Source: Dictyostelium discoideum (lineage: Eukaryota). Taken from it: DNA of 64,000 bases. Every line of letters begins with the position of its first letter. Position 1 is the first letter of the stretch. The notes under the pieces are model-generated. The model ran no database searches, was not told where the DNA came from, and worked only from the letters and a program-made list of their open reading frames with translations. Positions 1 to 12,136 of this stretch are shown here, piece after piece. The translations under genes were made by a program, and so were the position numbers. The DNA is taken from contig CM000151.3 in the NCBI GenBank assembly GCA_000004695.1, forward strand, positions 7,232,001 through 7,296,000, read 5' to 3'.

Positions 1-2039
1 ATTGTAAGTTTTTATTTTTTTTATTTTTTTTTTTATATGCACACACAATAGCACAAATACACAGATTTTATTTTGGGAAAAAAAAATAATAAAAAAAAAA
101 AAAATAAATAAAAAAAAAAAGAAAACAAAACATTTTTCAACACACTTTCACAAAATAAAATATTGTTGGTCATTTAAGAGTTGGAGTATAAATATATTTT
201 TTTTTTTTTTTTTTTAATTCAAAATAATACCACTACCAACCTGCTATTAAATCCATTACAAAACAACTTTTTAAATATGGTGGTGTGTTAAAAAATGAAT
301 TACAATAACATTCAAAGAAAAAAGAATTATTTTTTTTTTCCAAAAATAAAAATAAAAAAAAAATGAAAATAAATAATTTTACAACTACAAATAAATTATT
401 TATTTTTATTTTTATTTTTATTTTAAAAAATTATTATTTTTATTATTATTTATTATAAAATAGAATGATAAAAATAAGTGGTTTAATTTTATTAAAGTAA
501 AATAAATTATTATTAAAATAATTAGATATATTTAGTAGCGCCAAAACAAGTTACTAAAAAAAAATTTTTTTTTTTTTTTTTATTTTTAATTTGGTTTTAT
601 TAATTTTATTTTTGTGTGAACATAAATGAAATTATAATAACTTCAATAAATTAAAAAAAAAGATGAATTTAATAGAATTTTGCATTGTAATTTTACCTTT
701 TTATTAATTAATTATAAATTTTATTTGATATAAATTAATTTCTAATTTTATTTCATCCTATATAATTATTAATGATGCTATTTATTTTTTTTTAAAATAT
801 TTAATAAATTATTTACTTTTTTTTTTTTTTATTTTAATTTATATTATTTTATTTCACTATAATAGTAAAATTAAACTTTATTTATAAAAAAATAATGAAT
901 AGAAATTAAATTTTTTTTTTTTTATGTGTTGATAAAAGTGATTAAAAAACATAATAAAAATAAAAATAAAATAAAAAAATGGTATGGTTTTAAAGTCCAA
1001 TGGATTTGGGATTTGTTATTTAATCAGTTTTTTTTTTTTTTTTGACAATAATACTACTCTATTTATATCTTTGTTTATATATATAAATATATTCAAAATG
1101 AAACGAAACTAATATATTTAAACAATTCAAATATTATTTTTAATAATAAAAAAAAAAATATATTAAAAAAAACAAATAAAAAACAAATAAAAAAATCAAA
1201 ACAAACCAATAAATATTTATTTATTTTTTTTATTTAATTTCTACTTTATAAAAAATAAAAATCCACACCACCACTCTAAACAAAATAAATAAAAAAAAAA
1301 AAAAAAAAAAAAAAAAATAAATAAAAAAAAAAAAAAAACTGTTGTAGTAGTATGATTCAAGTGGGGAGATATCTAAAATACCCCTAAACTTTTTTTTTCT
1401 TTATTAAAAAAAATAATTGTGTATTAAAAAAAAAAAAATAAAAAGAAAAAAAAAGATTATTATTATAAATTTAATTATTATTTCGATTTACTACAGATCC
1501 TCAAAAAATATATATTAAAAAAAAGAAATAAAATTAAAAATCCACTTTTTATTCTATTTATAGGTCATTGGTATTGTTTTTTTTTTTTTTTATTGAAAAT
1601 ATAATTGATTAAATTAAATAAAAGTTTGAAAAAAAAAAAAAAGAAGAATTAAATCTCTTAAATACTTTATAATATTATATTTAAACCAAAAAATAAAAAA
1701 TAAAAAATGAAAAGGAAATAAATTTTCTCAAAGTAAAATTTATAATTTTAGATCACTTTTATTTATTATTTTTTTTTTTCCTTTTATATGAGATATTTTT
1801 AATGTCTATTATAACAATAAATAAAAGAAAAGGTATACCACATAAAATTTTAAAAAACAAAATTTTTTTTTTTCTATATTTAAATAATTTTAAAATTATC
1901 ATTAACATATTTAAAATAAGATAATAATAATATTTTTTTATTTTATTTGTTATTTTACTTTTTTTATTTTTTTTTTTTATTTATTTTTTTTTTTTTTATG
2001 AAATATATATAAAATTTTTTTTTTTTTTTTTAAAAAAAT

Positions 2040-3588
2040 TTAATTATAATGCATATATCTTGAAGTTGCACTAAATTTAGCATAAGATTTAATAACTTTA
2101 TCAATAGCTTCTAAAAAGTCTTTTTCACTTACAACCTTTCTACGAGCACGAATTGCAAACATACCAGCTTCGGTACAAACGGATCTAATATCGGCACCAG
2201 TTGAGTTTGGACAAAGACGAGCCAATAATTCGAAACGAATATCACGAGCACAGCTCATAGTTTTGGCATGAATGGTAAAGATGTGAGCACGACCCTCCAA
2301 GTCTGGTAAACCAAATTCAACCTTACGATCGAGACGACCTGGACGAAGAAGAGCTGGATCCAAAGTATCTGGACGATTGGTTGCCATCAATACTTTAATG
2401 TTACCACGTGGATCGAAACCATCCAATTGATTGATCAACTCTAACATAGTACGTTGAACCTCATTGTCACCGCCTGCACCATCATCGAAACGAGCACCAC
2501 CAATTGCATCAACTTCATCGAAAAAGATAATACATGCCTTCTTTGAACGTGCCATTTGAAAGAGATCACGTACCATACGTGCACCCTCACCAACATACTT
2601 TTGCACCAACTCTGAACCAATAACACGAACAAAAGCGGCATCAGTACGATTTGCAACGGCACGAGCACACAATGTCTTACCAGTACCTGGTGGACCATAC
2701 ATCAACACACCCTTTGGTGGATCAATACCTAAATTTACAAATTTCTCTGGATGCAACAATGGCATCTCAACTACTTCTCTTAGTTTTTCAATTTGTTCTT
2801 TACAACCACCAACATCCTTATATGTAATATCTGGTTTCTCTTCAACTTGCATCATTGTTACTGAAGCATCAATCTTTGGTGGCAATGGAATTTGAATTTG
2901 ATATTTATTTCTATCAACACTATATATAAAAAAAAAGTAACAAAGAATTAATAATTAATATAATTTAATAAAATTTAAAATTAATTTTTCTTTTTTTTTT
3001 TTATATATATTATAAACTTACCCAACACGAATACCTTCTTCAACATCAGTTGGTGATAATTTATCACCTAATGCAACAACAAACTTTGCAATTTGTTTAA
3101 CTGTAATAATATATTTTGCATTTGGTTTTCCAACATCAATAATTTTAGTACATCTTGCAACTTGAAGTGGTGGTTCTTCATGTGCAGATGTTTTATCAAC
3201 AACTAAATCCCATTGAGAAGGTGGTCCAATACCTGTATCAGATTCTTTAATTCCACAAAGTTCATTGACTTTTGATGTCATCTTTTTAATATCCTCTTCT
3301 AAAATTCTAATTGATTTTGAATATGGTCCAACACCCTTTTTTTTTTTTTCATTTTAAAAATTAATAAATAATAATTTAAAAATAAATAAATAAATAAATA
3401 AAATTAAAATTTACTTGTAAAAAAATAAAATAAAAAAAAAAGAAAAAGAAAAGAAAAAAAAAAAAAAAAATTAAATATTTAAATAATTTACTTACATATG
3501 ATTTCAAAAGTGCAATATCACCTTCATCTAATGCAACTGGTGCTGTTTCATTTAATAATTCATCTTCAACATCTTCTTTATTGACCAT
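2040..3588 (-). CDS. psmC2: 26S proteasome regulatory subunit 7 (AAA-ATPase Rpt1/PSMC2). Three exons, approx 3496-3588, 3022-3336 and 2040-2919.
   Basis: The translation is near-identical to Rpt1 across Walker A (GPPGTGKT), Walker B (IIFFDEVD), the second region of homology and the C-terminal [14 protein letters not shown]. The N-terminus reads MVNKEDV...LLKSY, then [18 protein letters not shown]...RVG, then [17 protein letters not shown] after splicing. Donors are gtaagt, and intron phases 0 and 2 keep the frame. The ORF-track 'M' at 2885 is an internal TTG, not a start. Confidence 0.93.
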
Positions 3589-3929
3589 TTTTTTTTTTTA
3601 TTGAATATTTATGTGGTTGTTTTATTTTTTTAATATAGTTAGAGATGGTTTATTATTTTGAGAAAGAAAAGAAAAAAAAAAAAAAAAAGATAAATATTAT
3701 TACAAAGAAATATATAATATGTGGAGATTTTGTTATAGAGAATGTACAAAGGAAAAAAATCAAATTTAAAGAAATAAAGAAATGTAATAATTATGTGAAG
3801 TTATGTTTTTTTGGGGTAATTAAAAAAAAAAAATAAAAAATAAAAAAAAAAAAAAATTTAAAAAAAAAAAATTTAAAAAAAAAATAAAAAAAAAAATGTG
3901 TGAAGGTCATCAAAAAATTAAATTAAATA

Positions 3930-3960
<31 letters not shown>

Positions 3961-5149
3961 CAATTTTTAATTAATTTTTACTATTTTTTTTTTTTTTTTT
4001 TTATCAAAATTTCAACTTTCCCAATTTAGCCTTTTTCCACTCAACAACCAATTCAATAAATTAATATTAATTTCATCAATTTAAGTTTATGGCTTCCTTT
4101 TTAACATTGGGAAATTAATTTAACAAAAAAATAATTTAAATTATCTTTTTTAATGGCTCAACATTTTTTTTTTTTTTTCTTTATTATTTATTATTGGTCA
4201 ATCAGTGTTCATCCAACAAAGGAAATAAACATATAGTTTTTTTATGAATATTAATTTTGAAATGTGATACAATTCTTTTTTTTATTATAATTTAATTTAT
4301 CTAAAAAAGAATTGTTATTATTATTTTATTTTTTTTATTTTTTTTTTTTTTTGATATTAATTAATTATATACGAGATCTTGATCTAGATACTTAGCAAAA
4401 ATAAATGTTTTATTTAGATTTAATTTAAAATTGTTAGATTAGATTAAAAATTCAAATAATTAATTATGGTTTATGTAAAAATTGTTTCAAAATTTATTAA
4501 AAAGGGAGGTGATAGGTTACTTATTAGATTGATTAAATTTGTTGCCGAAATATTGGCAATGCAGATTTTACTTGTGTCTGTAAGGTTTATTGATAAGAAC
4601 GGCCTCCCTCAATAAATAGTTCAATTTTAATAGTTTTTAATTAATGAAATTTTTTATTTTTTGAGTTTTGTGGGATATAATAGATTCTTAAAAAATTCTT
4701 AAAAAACTCATTTCTTTTCATTTTTTTTATCCTTTGGGTGGTAAAACAAAAAATAAATAAAAAAAAAAAAAAGTTAATAAACCTTTTATTCATTTGTTTT
4801 ATTTTTTTTTTTTTTTTTTTTCTTTCTCAAATAAAACTATTAATTATTGTTTATCAGTTAAATGAAGTAAACAGTGACTAATCCGTAATAAATATATTTA
4901 TTTAATATATTAAATTCAATTTTTAGAAGAGATCATGACCATATAGATCATTTCCTAGATTTTCATTACATAATGCACAATCTTTATGATGAAGTTAGAC
5001 ATTGTTTTGTCTTTTATTTTTAGAATATCCCTCTTTTAATTCTTATGTTGTCCCAATTTTTGAGGTTTTTAAAAATTTAGATGTAAACCTGTTTTTATTG
5101 AGTCGGTATTACCAACTTTTGTAATGAGATTAATAGTTTTATTTGATAT

Positions 5150-5190
5150 ATCGGAACTTCAGTATCCGAACTTCGGAAGTAGTTTAATTG
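5150..5190 (-). promoter_or_regulatory. Two external-B-box-like motifs 20-50 bp downstream of the tRNA-Ser gene.
   Basis: The minus-strand sequence 3' of the tRNA reads ...CCGAAGTTCGGATAC...GAAGTTCCGATAT. Both motifs resemble the B-box consensus GGTTCGANTCC. Dictyostelium tRNA genes frequently carry an extra downstream B box. Confidence 0.35.
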
Positions 5191-5203
5191 ATTGAAAAAG
5201 TAT

Positions 5204-5285
5204 CGACATCGGCAGGGTTCGAACCTGCGCCCCCGAAGGGATCTGATTTCTAGTCAGACGCATTAGACCACTTTGCTACGATGTC
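5204..5285 (-). tRNA. tRNA-Ser (anticodon AGA), 82 nt, with a long variable arm.
   Basis: The minus-strand sequence is GACATCGTAGCAAAGTGGTCTAATGCGTCTGACTAGAAATCAGATCCCTTCGGGGGCGCAGGTTCGAACCCTGCCGATGTCG. It shows a 7-bp acceptor stem, the anticodon loop CTAGAAA (anticodon AGA), a long variable stem-loop (CCCTTCGGGGG) and a T-loop GGTTCGAACC. No intron is present. Confidence 0.9.
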
Positions 5286-5332
5286 TTTGGTGAAATTTTG
5301 ATTTTATTACTTAGTTATACCCTTTTATTTAG

Positions 5333-5878
5333 AGAAAAATCTGGAGGATCCAGAATCAATTGGGGAATAGAAATTTTCAACAGACTAGACATTCCATTAA
5401 CAGCCAACGCCATAGCCATTATTTGCGAAAACATCTGGAGAAGAAGAAACAAGAAAATCCACGAAGGAATAACACTCAAAAACTTAAGAAAACAACTACT
5501 AGTACACGAACTAAAGAAAACTCAAACAGCAGCCTGGAAAAGAACAAAAAACAACATATACAAACTAATCAGACATGAAAAAAAAGCAACCAACAACGAA
5601 CAAATAAAAAAATTCAAAAACATCATCTCCCTACAACTCGAAAGATTTAGCAAACACTGGAACTCACCACTACACACAGTAGCACTACCATCAAACCTCA
5701 ACAAATATATTACGTCACTAAACACACTCTACACCCCCCAACTTTAAAAAAAAAAAAAAAAAAAAAAAACCATACAACCTTAAAAGGCACCTGTAATATC
5801 TAAAAATAAAATTAATAAAATGAGTCATATCTCAAGAAGAAGCAACTAAAAATTGCGTTATTCCATTCAAAAAAAATA
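5333..5878 (+). mobile_element. TRE5-like (tRNA-gene-targeted non-LTR) retroelement fragment, 5'-truncated or internally deleted, with an internal A26 tract. Flanked by a 16-bp direct repeat (TSD).
   Basis: There is an exact 16-bp direct repeat TATACCCTTTTATTTA at 5316-5331 and 5878-5893. The proximal insertion boundary lies 48 bp upstream of the mature tRNA-Ser 5' end. The interval is non-AT-rich and carries a 149-aa ORF (5298-5747) ending in an A26 tract (5745-5770). A 3'-terminal motif TATCTCRAGRAGAAGCA...ATTG(C/T)GTTAT is repeated at about 5826 and about 6141. Confidence 0.5.
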
Positions 5879-6585
5879 TACCCTTTTATTTACCGAATAA
5901 TTTAATAAATATTTTTTAAACTAATCTCTTCTGATTGTAGTCAAAATAATAGGATTTATTTGATCACAACTTTATATTTAACAACAATGAAATTGATTTA
6001 TTTTATTTTTACTATTTACACTAAAATTAATTAATAAAGAAAATCAGAATACCTAGAGTTGAGGGAACAATTTAAATTCTGGTTTTATCTATTAAATTTG
6101 GACCCTGTATAAATCTATTTTTATAAATAAAATTAGAGAAAGTATCTCGAGGAGAAGCACTCACAATTGTGTTATCCAATTAATTCAAAAAACAAAAAAA
6201 CTAGGTAAACAATATATAATTTAATATTTTATATTTAATTTCTTTTATTTATTTTTTTTATCTTTTTTAATATTTTTAGTGAGTATCTCTAAACTGAATA
6301 AAATAATAAAACAACTAAACAATCATTTTCAAAAAAGACGGAAAAGCATATTTTAATTAAAAGTGAGGAAAAAGAAAAAAAAAAAAAAAAAAAAAATTAT
6401 TACTTAAATTAATTTCGTTGGAAAAAAAAAAAAAAAAAAAAAAAAAATGAAAATTTCAAAAAAACGATTGTTGTCGGCTTTTTTTTTTTTTATTTTTATT
6501 TTTATTTTTATTTTTTATTTTTTATTTTTTATTTTTCTTTTTTTTTGTATTACATTTTTCTGATTTTTATAATTATAGTTATTAA

Positions 6586-6616
<31 letters not shown>

Positions 6617-6640
6617 TAGAAAAATCATAAAAAAAAAAAG

Positions 6641-9600
6641 ATGGAATCAGGATCACAAATCTTTCTTCCATATAAATCAGTTGGTTATGTCAGTTCAGGT
6701 GTACCATTTAAATTAAGAGCTGAAAAATTGCATTATTCAATTATGTTAGCCATTGGGAATTCTTTTCAATTATTAAATGTAATTATTATTTTTTTTTTTT
6801 AAAAAAATAAAAATATTATAAAAAAACATATATTAATGACATTATTATTATTATTATTATTATTAAATTAGTCAATTAAATTATTTCCAAGAATGGTATC
6901 AAATAGTCAAGAAGGTAAAATTAGAGATATGTCATTTTATAAGAAAGATCATTTTTTGACAACATGTAAAAAAGATATTATATTATGGAAAGGTCAATAT
7001 GAAGAATTTAGATTTAGAGGACATTCATCAAAGGTTATTAAATTGATGGTATTTGATAATATATTATTTTCATTGGCAAAAAACAATGAACTGATTATGT
7101 GGGATGTTGATTCACGTTTAATTTTTAAAGAACAATTACCAGAATTTAATGCAAAAACTCATCGTATAACAGAGATTGTCCATCCACTTGGATATTATAA
7201 TAAAATTTTAATTGGATTTGAAAGTGGTGAAGCACAAATTTGGAATATTAAAACAAAGAAATTAATATTTACATTCAATTTAGTAAAGGATAATAAAAAC
7301 ATTAAAGATAAAATCACCTCATTTCAACAGTCACCAGTTTCAGATATAATTGCAATTGGTTTTTCAGATGGTAATGTTATCATTCACAATTTGAAATTGA
7401 ATAAAACAGTATTAAGTTTTCAACAAAGAGGTTCAGTTTCATCGATTTCCTTTAGAAGTGACGGTCAAAAGCAACATGTTGCCACAAGTAGCCATAGTGG
7501 TGATATATTAATTTGGGATCTTGAAAAGAATAAACCTTTCCATACATTGAAAGCACATGATAGTGAATGTACAAAAGTTGAATTCCTAAGGGAAGAACCA
7601 ATCATTTGCACCACCGGTAACGATAATTCAATAAAGATGTGGCAATTCAACGGTGTAGATGGTGTACCAATTCTCTTAAGAGAACGTACCGGTCATTTAG
7701 ATCCACCAAAATCAAGCGAATTCTTTGGCGATGAACAAGAGAACTCAGTGATTTCAATCTCTGATCAATCAATTCGTTACGTTTCAATTGTTGCCTCCAC
7801 TTTTAATAAAGAATTATCAAAAAAGAATTTCAAAAAAGAAATGACTCCATTTAGTGGTTTCTCTACAAACTTTCGTAGAAATCGTAGTTGGGAAACTGCA
7901 GTTTCAATTCATGAAGATTCAAAACATGCTTTCACTTGGGATTGTTCAAGTTATTCCATAAATAAGAAATTAAATATTCAAGAACCAATTAGTTCAACTA
8001 AAATTTCAACTTGTGGTAATTTTGTTTTCTTTGGTACTGTTTATGGTAATCTATTGAAATTCAATATTCAATCTGGTATTAAACGTGCTAAAATTTTACC
8101 AAATATTCAAAAAACTTCAATAACAAGTATAATAGTTGAACCAACTAATCAATTTATAATTACAAGTGGTTTAGATTCAATTATAAATTATTGGGATTTT
8201 AATGATTTAAAATATTTATATTCAATTGATATTAATAATACCAATACAAATAATAAGGAAAATCAAGATAACAATAACAATGACAATAAAAAAAGTAAAA
8301 TTAGAATTTCAAAAATGTTATTACATAGTGAATCTGGTATATTTGCAGTGGTTTCAAATGATGATAAAATTAGATTATATGATATTGATACACGTAAATT
8401 AGTTAGATATTTCAATGTTAAAGGTAATGTTAATAGTATTGTTTTTAGTCATGATGGTCGTTGGATTATTGCAAGTACTCAAGTTGATTCGGTCGTTCGT
8501 GTACTTGATATTCCATCTGGTAAAATGATTGATTGGTTCAAAATGCCAAAACCAGTAACAAGTTTATCATTCTCTCCAAAAGGTGAATATTTAGTTACAA
8601 CTCATTCCGGACAATTACCAATTTATCTTTGGAGTAATCAATCTCATTTCGGTTCAGTTTTCCTTAAAACTCCACCTCAAATTCCAAATACAATCATTTT
8701 ACCTTCACAAGTTATTGAAATTTCACCAATTCAAGAATCATCTAATAATAAACAAAAAAGTTCAACTAAAAAATTAAAAGAAAAAGAACAACATGAACAA
8801 GATGAAGAATTTGAAATTCAACAAGATTTAGGTTTACCTGAAGAATTTGATGAAGAAATGGAAGATAATCAAGTTGATAATAATGATAATGATGCTGATG
8901 ATAATAAAAAATCAACTATTAAACAAATTGATCAATTAATTACATTATCAAGTGATGTTGCAAAAAGCAAATGGCAATCACTCTTAAATTTAGATATCAT
9001 TAAAGAAAGGAATAGACCAATTCAACAAAATGAAAAACCAGCTTTAGCACCTTTCTTTTTATCAACTATTCAAGGTTTAGAACCAAAATTCGCTAAAATT
9101 GATGTTGTTAATCCTTTAACTATTAAAACTGCTGTCTCAACTGGTGGTGGTGGTAGTGCAAATACAACTGGTTCAACTGATGATAATGAAAATAATGGTG
9201 AACCAACTGAAGAAGAATTAAAAGGTTGGGATAATTGGGCTGGTGCTGATGATGAAGAAAATGATGATGACGATGATGATGAAGACAACGAAAATGATGA
9301 TCAAGATGAAGATAGTGAAGATGATGAAGATGAAGGTGATGAAGACCTTGAAAAAACTACTGAAACTTTCAAAAATGAGAAAGAAATTTATAGATCAGAC
9401 AAAGTTATTAAAACTGATTCACTTCAAGGTACAAGAACTAATTTTAATTTATCATTAGAAAATGGTTATATAACTCAAAATTGTAAGTGTAAAAAAATTA
9501 AAAATTAATAATAATAATACTTTTTTAATTAATTAACTGACTTTTTTTTTTTTTTTTTTTTTAATTAATTATTTAATTTAGATTCAGAAAGTTTAAGAAT

Positions 9601-9913
9601 ATTAAAATCATTAACCCCATCTGGTATTGATTTTGAAATTAGAACATTAACAACAGCTGATGATTATGCTGATATTCATTATATGTTTGATTTCATTGTT
9701 TATCAATTATTGAAAAATGGTGATTATGATTTCATTCAATCAATACTCAGTGTCACTTTAAAGGTACATGGTTATTTATTATATGATACCACTTTCAAAA
9801 GAGATCTCAGACAATTATTATTAGTATTTAATGAACCTTGGTTTAAAATGCAAAAACTTTTCCATTCAAATATTTGCATGCTTAGATATTTCACAAATAC
9901 TTTAAATAATTAA
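6641..9913 (+). CDS. utp21: U3 snoRNP / SSU-processome protein UTP21 (WDR36 homolog). Three exons, approx 6641-6778, 6872-9482 and 9582-9913, about 1026 aa.
   Basis: Exon 1 (MESGSQIFLPYKSVGYVSSGVPFKLRAEKLHYSIMLAIGNSFQLLN) matches the WDR36/Utp21 N-terminus. The long exon 2 carries the WD40 repeats. Exon 3 (..DFEIRTLTTADDYADIHYMFDFIVYQLLKNGDYDF..) is the Utp21 C-terminal domain. Donors are gtaatt and gtaagt. Intron phases 0 and 1 were verified. An Asp/Glu-rich insert of about 80 aa precedes exon 3. Confidence 0.88.
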
Positions 9914-9929
9914 ATTATTTAAATTAAAA

Positions 9930-9962
<33 letters not shown>

Positions 9963-10198
9963 ACAATAAAAAAAAAAAAAAATAATAAATAAATAAAATA
10001 AAAGTTTAAATTTAAAAATAAAAAAAAACCTATAATAATATAAATAATAATAATTAACTTATTTTTTTTTTTTAAACATTTAAAATACAAAAATTAATTG
10101 ATTAATTTTAAATGTGTTTAGAAAAATTAAAATATGTAATAAAAAAAAATTTTATAATACTTTTAATTTTATTTATTACTTTAAATTATAAAATTAAA

Positions 10199-12136
10199 TT
10201 AATTAAAAGTTGTTGAATCAGAAGAAGAATCAGAAGAAGGTGAAGCAGGTTTCATTGATTGTAAGGACATTGTCATCCAATCGAAATTCCAAGTAGTTGG
10301 TTGACCAGCATAAGTGTATTTTTGATTCCATTGTGAATTCCAAGTGAATGGAGTTTCATTATCATGAGATGGACCAGATTGAGCATTTACTAAAAGAGCA
10401 GCAACCATATCAGCTGAAACAACTTTTGAATCGATACCACCGAAAGCATCAGGATCAAGGTATTGATTATTTGGGTCGTCAGCAGTGACTAAATCGAAAC
10501 GACTACTAATTTGATTACCAGCATTACCTTGTGAGAATGGATCATTTTGCCAGTTATTATAACGAAGCATAGCTTGGAATTGAGTTAATGAATGAATGTT
10601 ATTAGCATCACGTTTGAAAATCATTGATCTTGGACTTGCTTGATAAGAGAACCAGTTACCAAATTGTGCATAAGTTTCATTGAAACCAGTTAAACCATAA
10701 ATATTCTCATAGAATGGAATATTAAATGATGGCCAATAACCAGTACGTAAAATTGCTGTTTGATCACCATATTCAACGTAATCTGGTACTTGTTCTAAAA
10801 TATAAAGTGTACCATCTAATGCACCATAACCTTTAATAAATTTATTATAATCAACAATAATCCACTAAATTAATTAATAATAAAAAATAGTGTGTGTGTG
10901 TGTGTGTGTGTTAATAATAAAATATTAATATTTATATATATCTCTATAAATATATTGATTTTTAAAAATAAAACATACTTGATTATTATAAGTACCAGAA
11001 TTATATAATGAAAAAGTTTGACACCAAGATTCACCACCAGTAGCTAAACGATTGGCAACGATAACTCTTATCCATGAAAGAACAGATTCTGATGTAATTA
11101 AATGATAAAGATTATTATTCATTAAACCATTTGTAGTTTCAATTACAACAATCTTTGTATCTAATAAATAGAAATCATCAATTGAACTAAGAGTACCTGG
11201 GTAACCTGAAAACATTGTGACTTTTGATGCTGGTGGTTGACCATTAAATAAATATTTAAGATTATAAACTTTAAACATTCTAACCATTTCATAATATGAA
11301 GACCTATAAAAAAAAAAATAAAAAAATTAAAAGTTAATAAATTATTATTATTATTATTATTATTTAAATAATTTAAAAAATATATATATTTAAATAATTT
11401 ACCAAGTAGTATGACCAGAGAAAAGATCACTTAAATCATCAGTCATTTTAATTAAAGCTGAACAATGACCGGTTCTTCTCATAAATTCTTTGAAAGCTTG
11501 TTTTGGTGAAGTGGCAGTGGCTGGGGAGGTAACTTGTTTACCGTTGGTAAGGTTGAGGGCTGGACCAAGGTCAATCATATCACCATCCATATTCATTAAG
11601 AAAAATTCTGTGATGCCTAATGATTGTGAAGCGTCAACACCATTATCAATGACGGATTGGTTGTAACCACGTTGCATATATGTGATTTGAGTTAAAACAG
11701 TTTCAACATTTTGCCAATATAAATCATTTGATGGTGCACTGTCAATCATTGTTTGTAAGTATTGTAAATTCTCTTGAATCCAATTCTCAACATCTGATCC
11801 AATTACATTGTGGTATTCGTTATTGTACATGTTCATCCAATTTTGGTAAATCATTTCTTGGGAAATATAACCTTCTAAATAACCTGCACCTGCTGCAATG
11901 ATATCGTTTGGATAAAGTCCCTCTGATGAGCTAATACTCATAAATGACCAACCTGTAGTCATCATTTCATTGGAGAATATTGCTTGTGCAACACCATTTG
12001 AAAATGTACCTGGTTTAACATAATAGTTATCTGGTTGTGAATAAAATACAGTATATCCATCGTCAATGCTACTTTGTGATAAAACACTACCAATAATTGC
12101 AATGGTTAATAATAAAAGTGACCTTATTACTCTCAT
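10199..12136 (-). CDS. Phospholipase B-like (LAMA/PLBD family) secreted protein. Three exons, approx 11403-12136, 10979-11303 and 10199-10864, about 574 aa.
   Basis: The N-terminus has a signal peptide (MRVIRSLLLLTIAIIGSVLSQ). It contains GAGYLEGY and ..NQVWIIVDYNKFIKGYGALDGTLYILEQVPDY.., characteristic of phospholipase B-like proteins. Donors are gtaaat and gtatgt. Intron phases 2 and 0 restore the frame. A (GT)n run lies in intron 2. Confidence 0.88.

Noticed and set aside
2441-2698. 85-aa ORF on the minus strand
   Set aside because: It lies in an alternative frame wholly inside the conserved Rpt1 exon; it is not independent.
3376-3588. 70-aa ORF as given (MVNKED...FIYLFIYF)
   Set aside because: Only the first 31 codons are real (psmC2 exon 1); the rest is read-through into the intron/poly-T after the gtaagt donor.
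3645-3836. Short ORFs in intergenic poly-A/T DNA (also 9902-10090, 11161-11430, 12238-12666, 18983-19168, 20418-20639 as given, 21171-21407, 23686-23874, 27682-27936, 51920-52132, 53306-53494, 53683-53916, 54258-54554, 54882-55097, 55242-55457, 55619-55837, 55985-56167, 57208-57468, 58106-58303)
   Set aside because: Their F/K/N/I-rich translations come from homopolymer runs and most lack an ATG (the ORF track accepts TTG/GTG starts). Exceptions are 20418-20639, whose first 27 codons are the real exon 1 of the 7-TM gene, and 55351-55647, which contains PET100 exon 1.
5298-5747. 149-aa ORF called as a cellular protein-coding gene
   Set aside because: It lies inside the TSD-flanked, tRNA-adjacent insert and ends in a poly(A) tract, so I treat it as a retroelement ORF fragment.
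7465-7650. 61-aa ORF antisense to UTP21; similarly 9070-9288, 9243-9458, 14335-14526, 15418-15615, 16232-16513, 16420-16665, 22563-22760, 28376-28576, 30628-30837, 36119-36307, 36513-36695, 36954-37271, 44267-44615, 45830-46021, 46361-46561, 49884-50198, 52343-52525, 62148-62363, 62423-62650
   Set aside because: They are short ORFs in alternative or antisense frames nested inside well-supported coding exons, with biased or low-complexity composition. They are by-products of AT-rich or repeat sequence.
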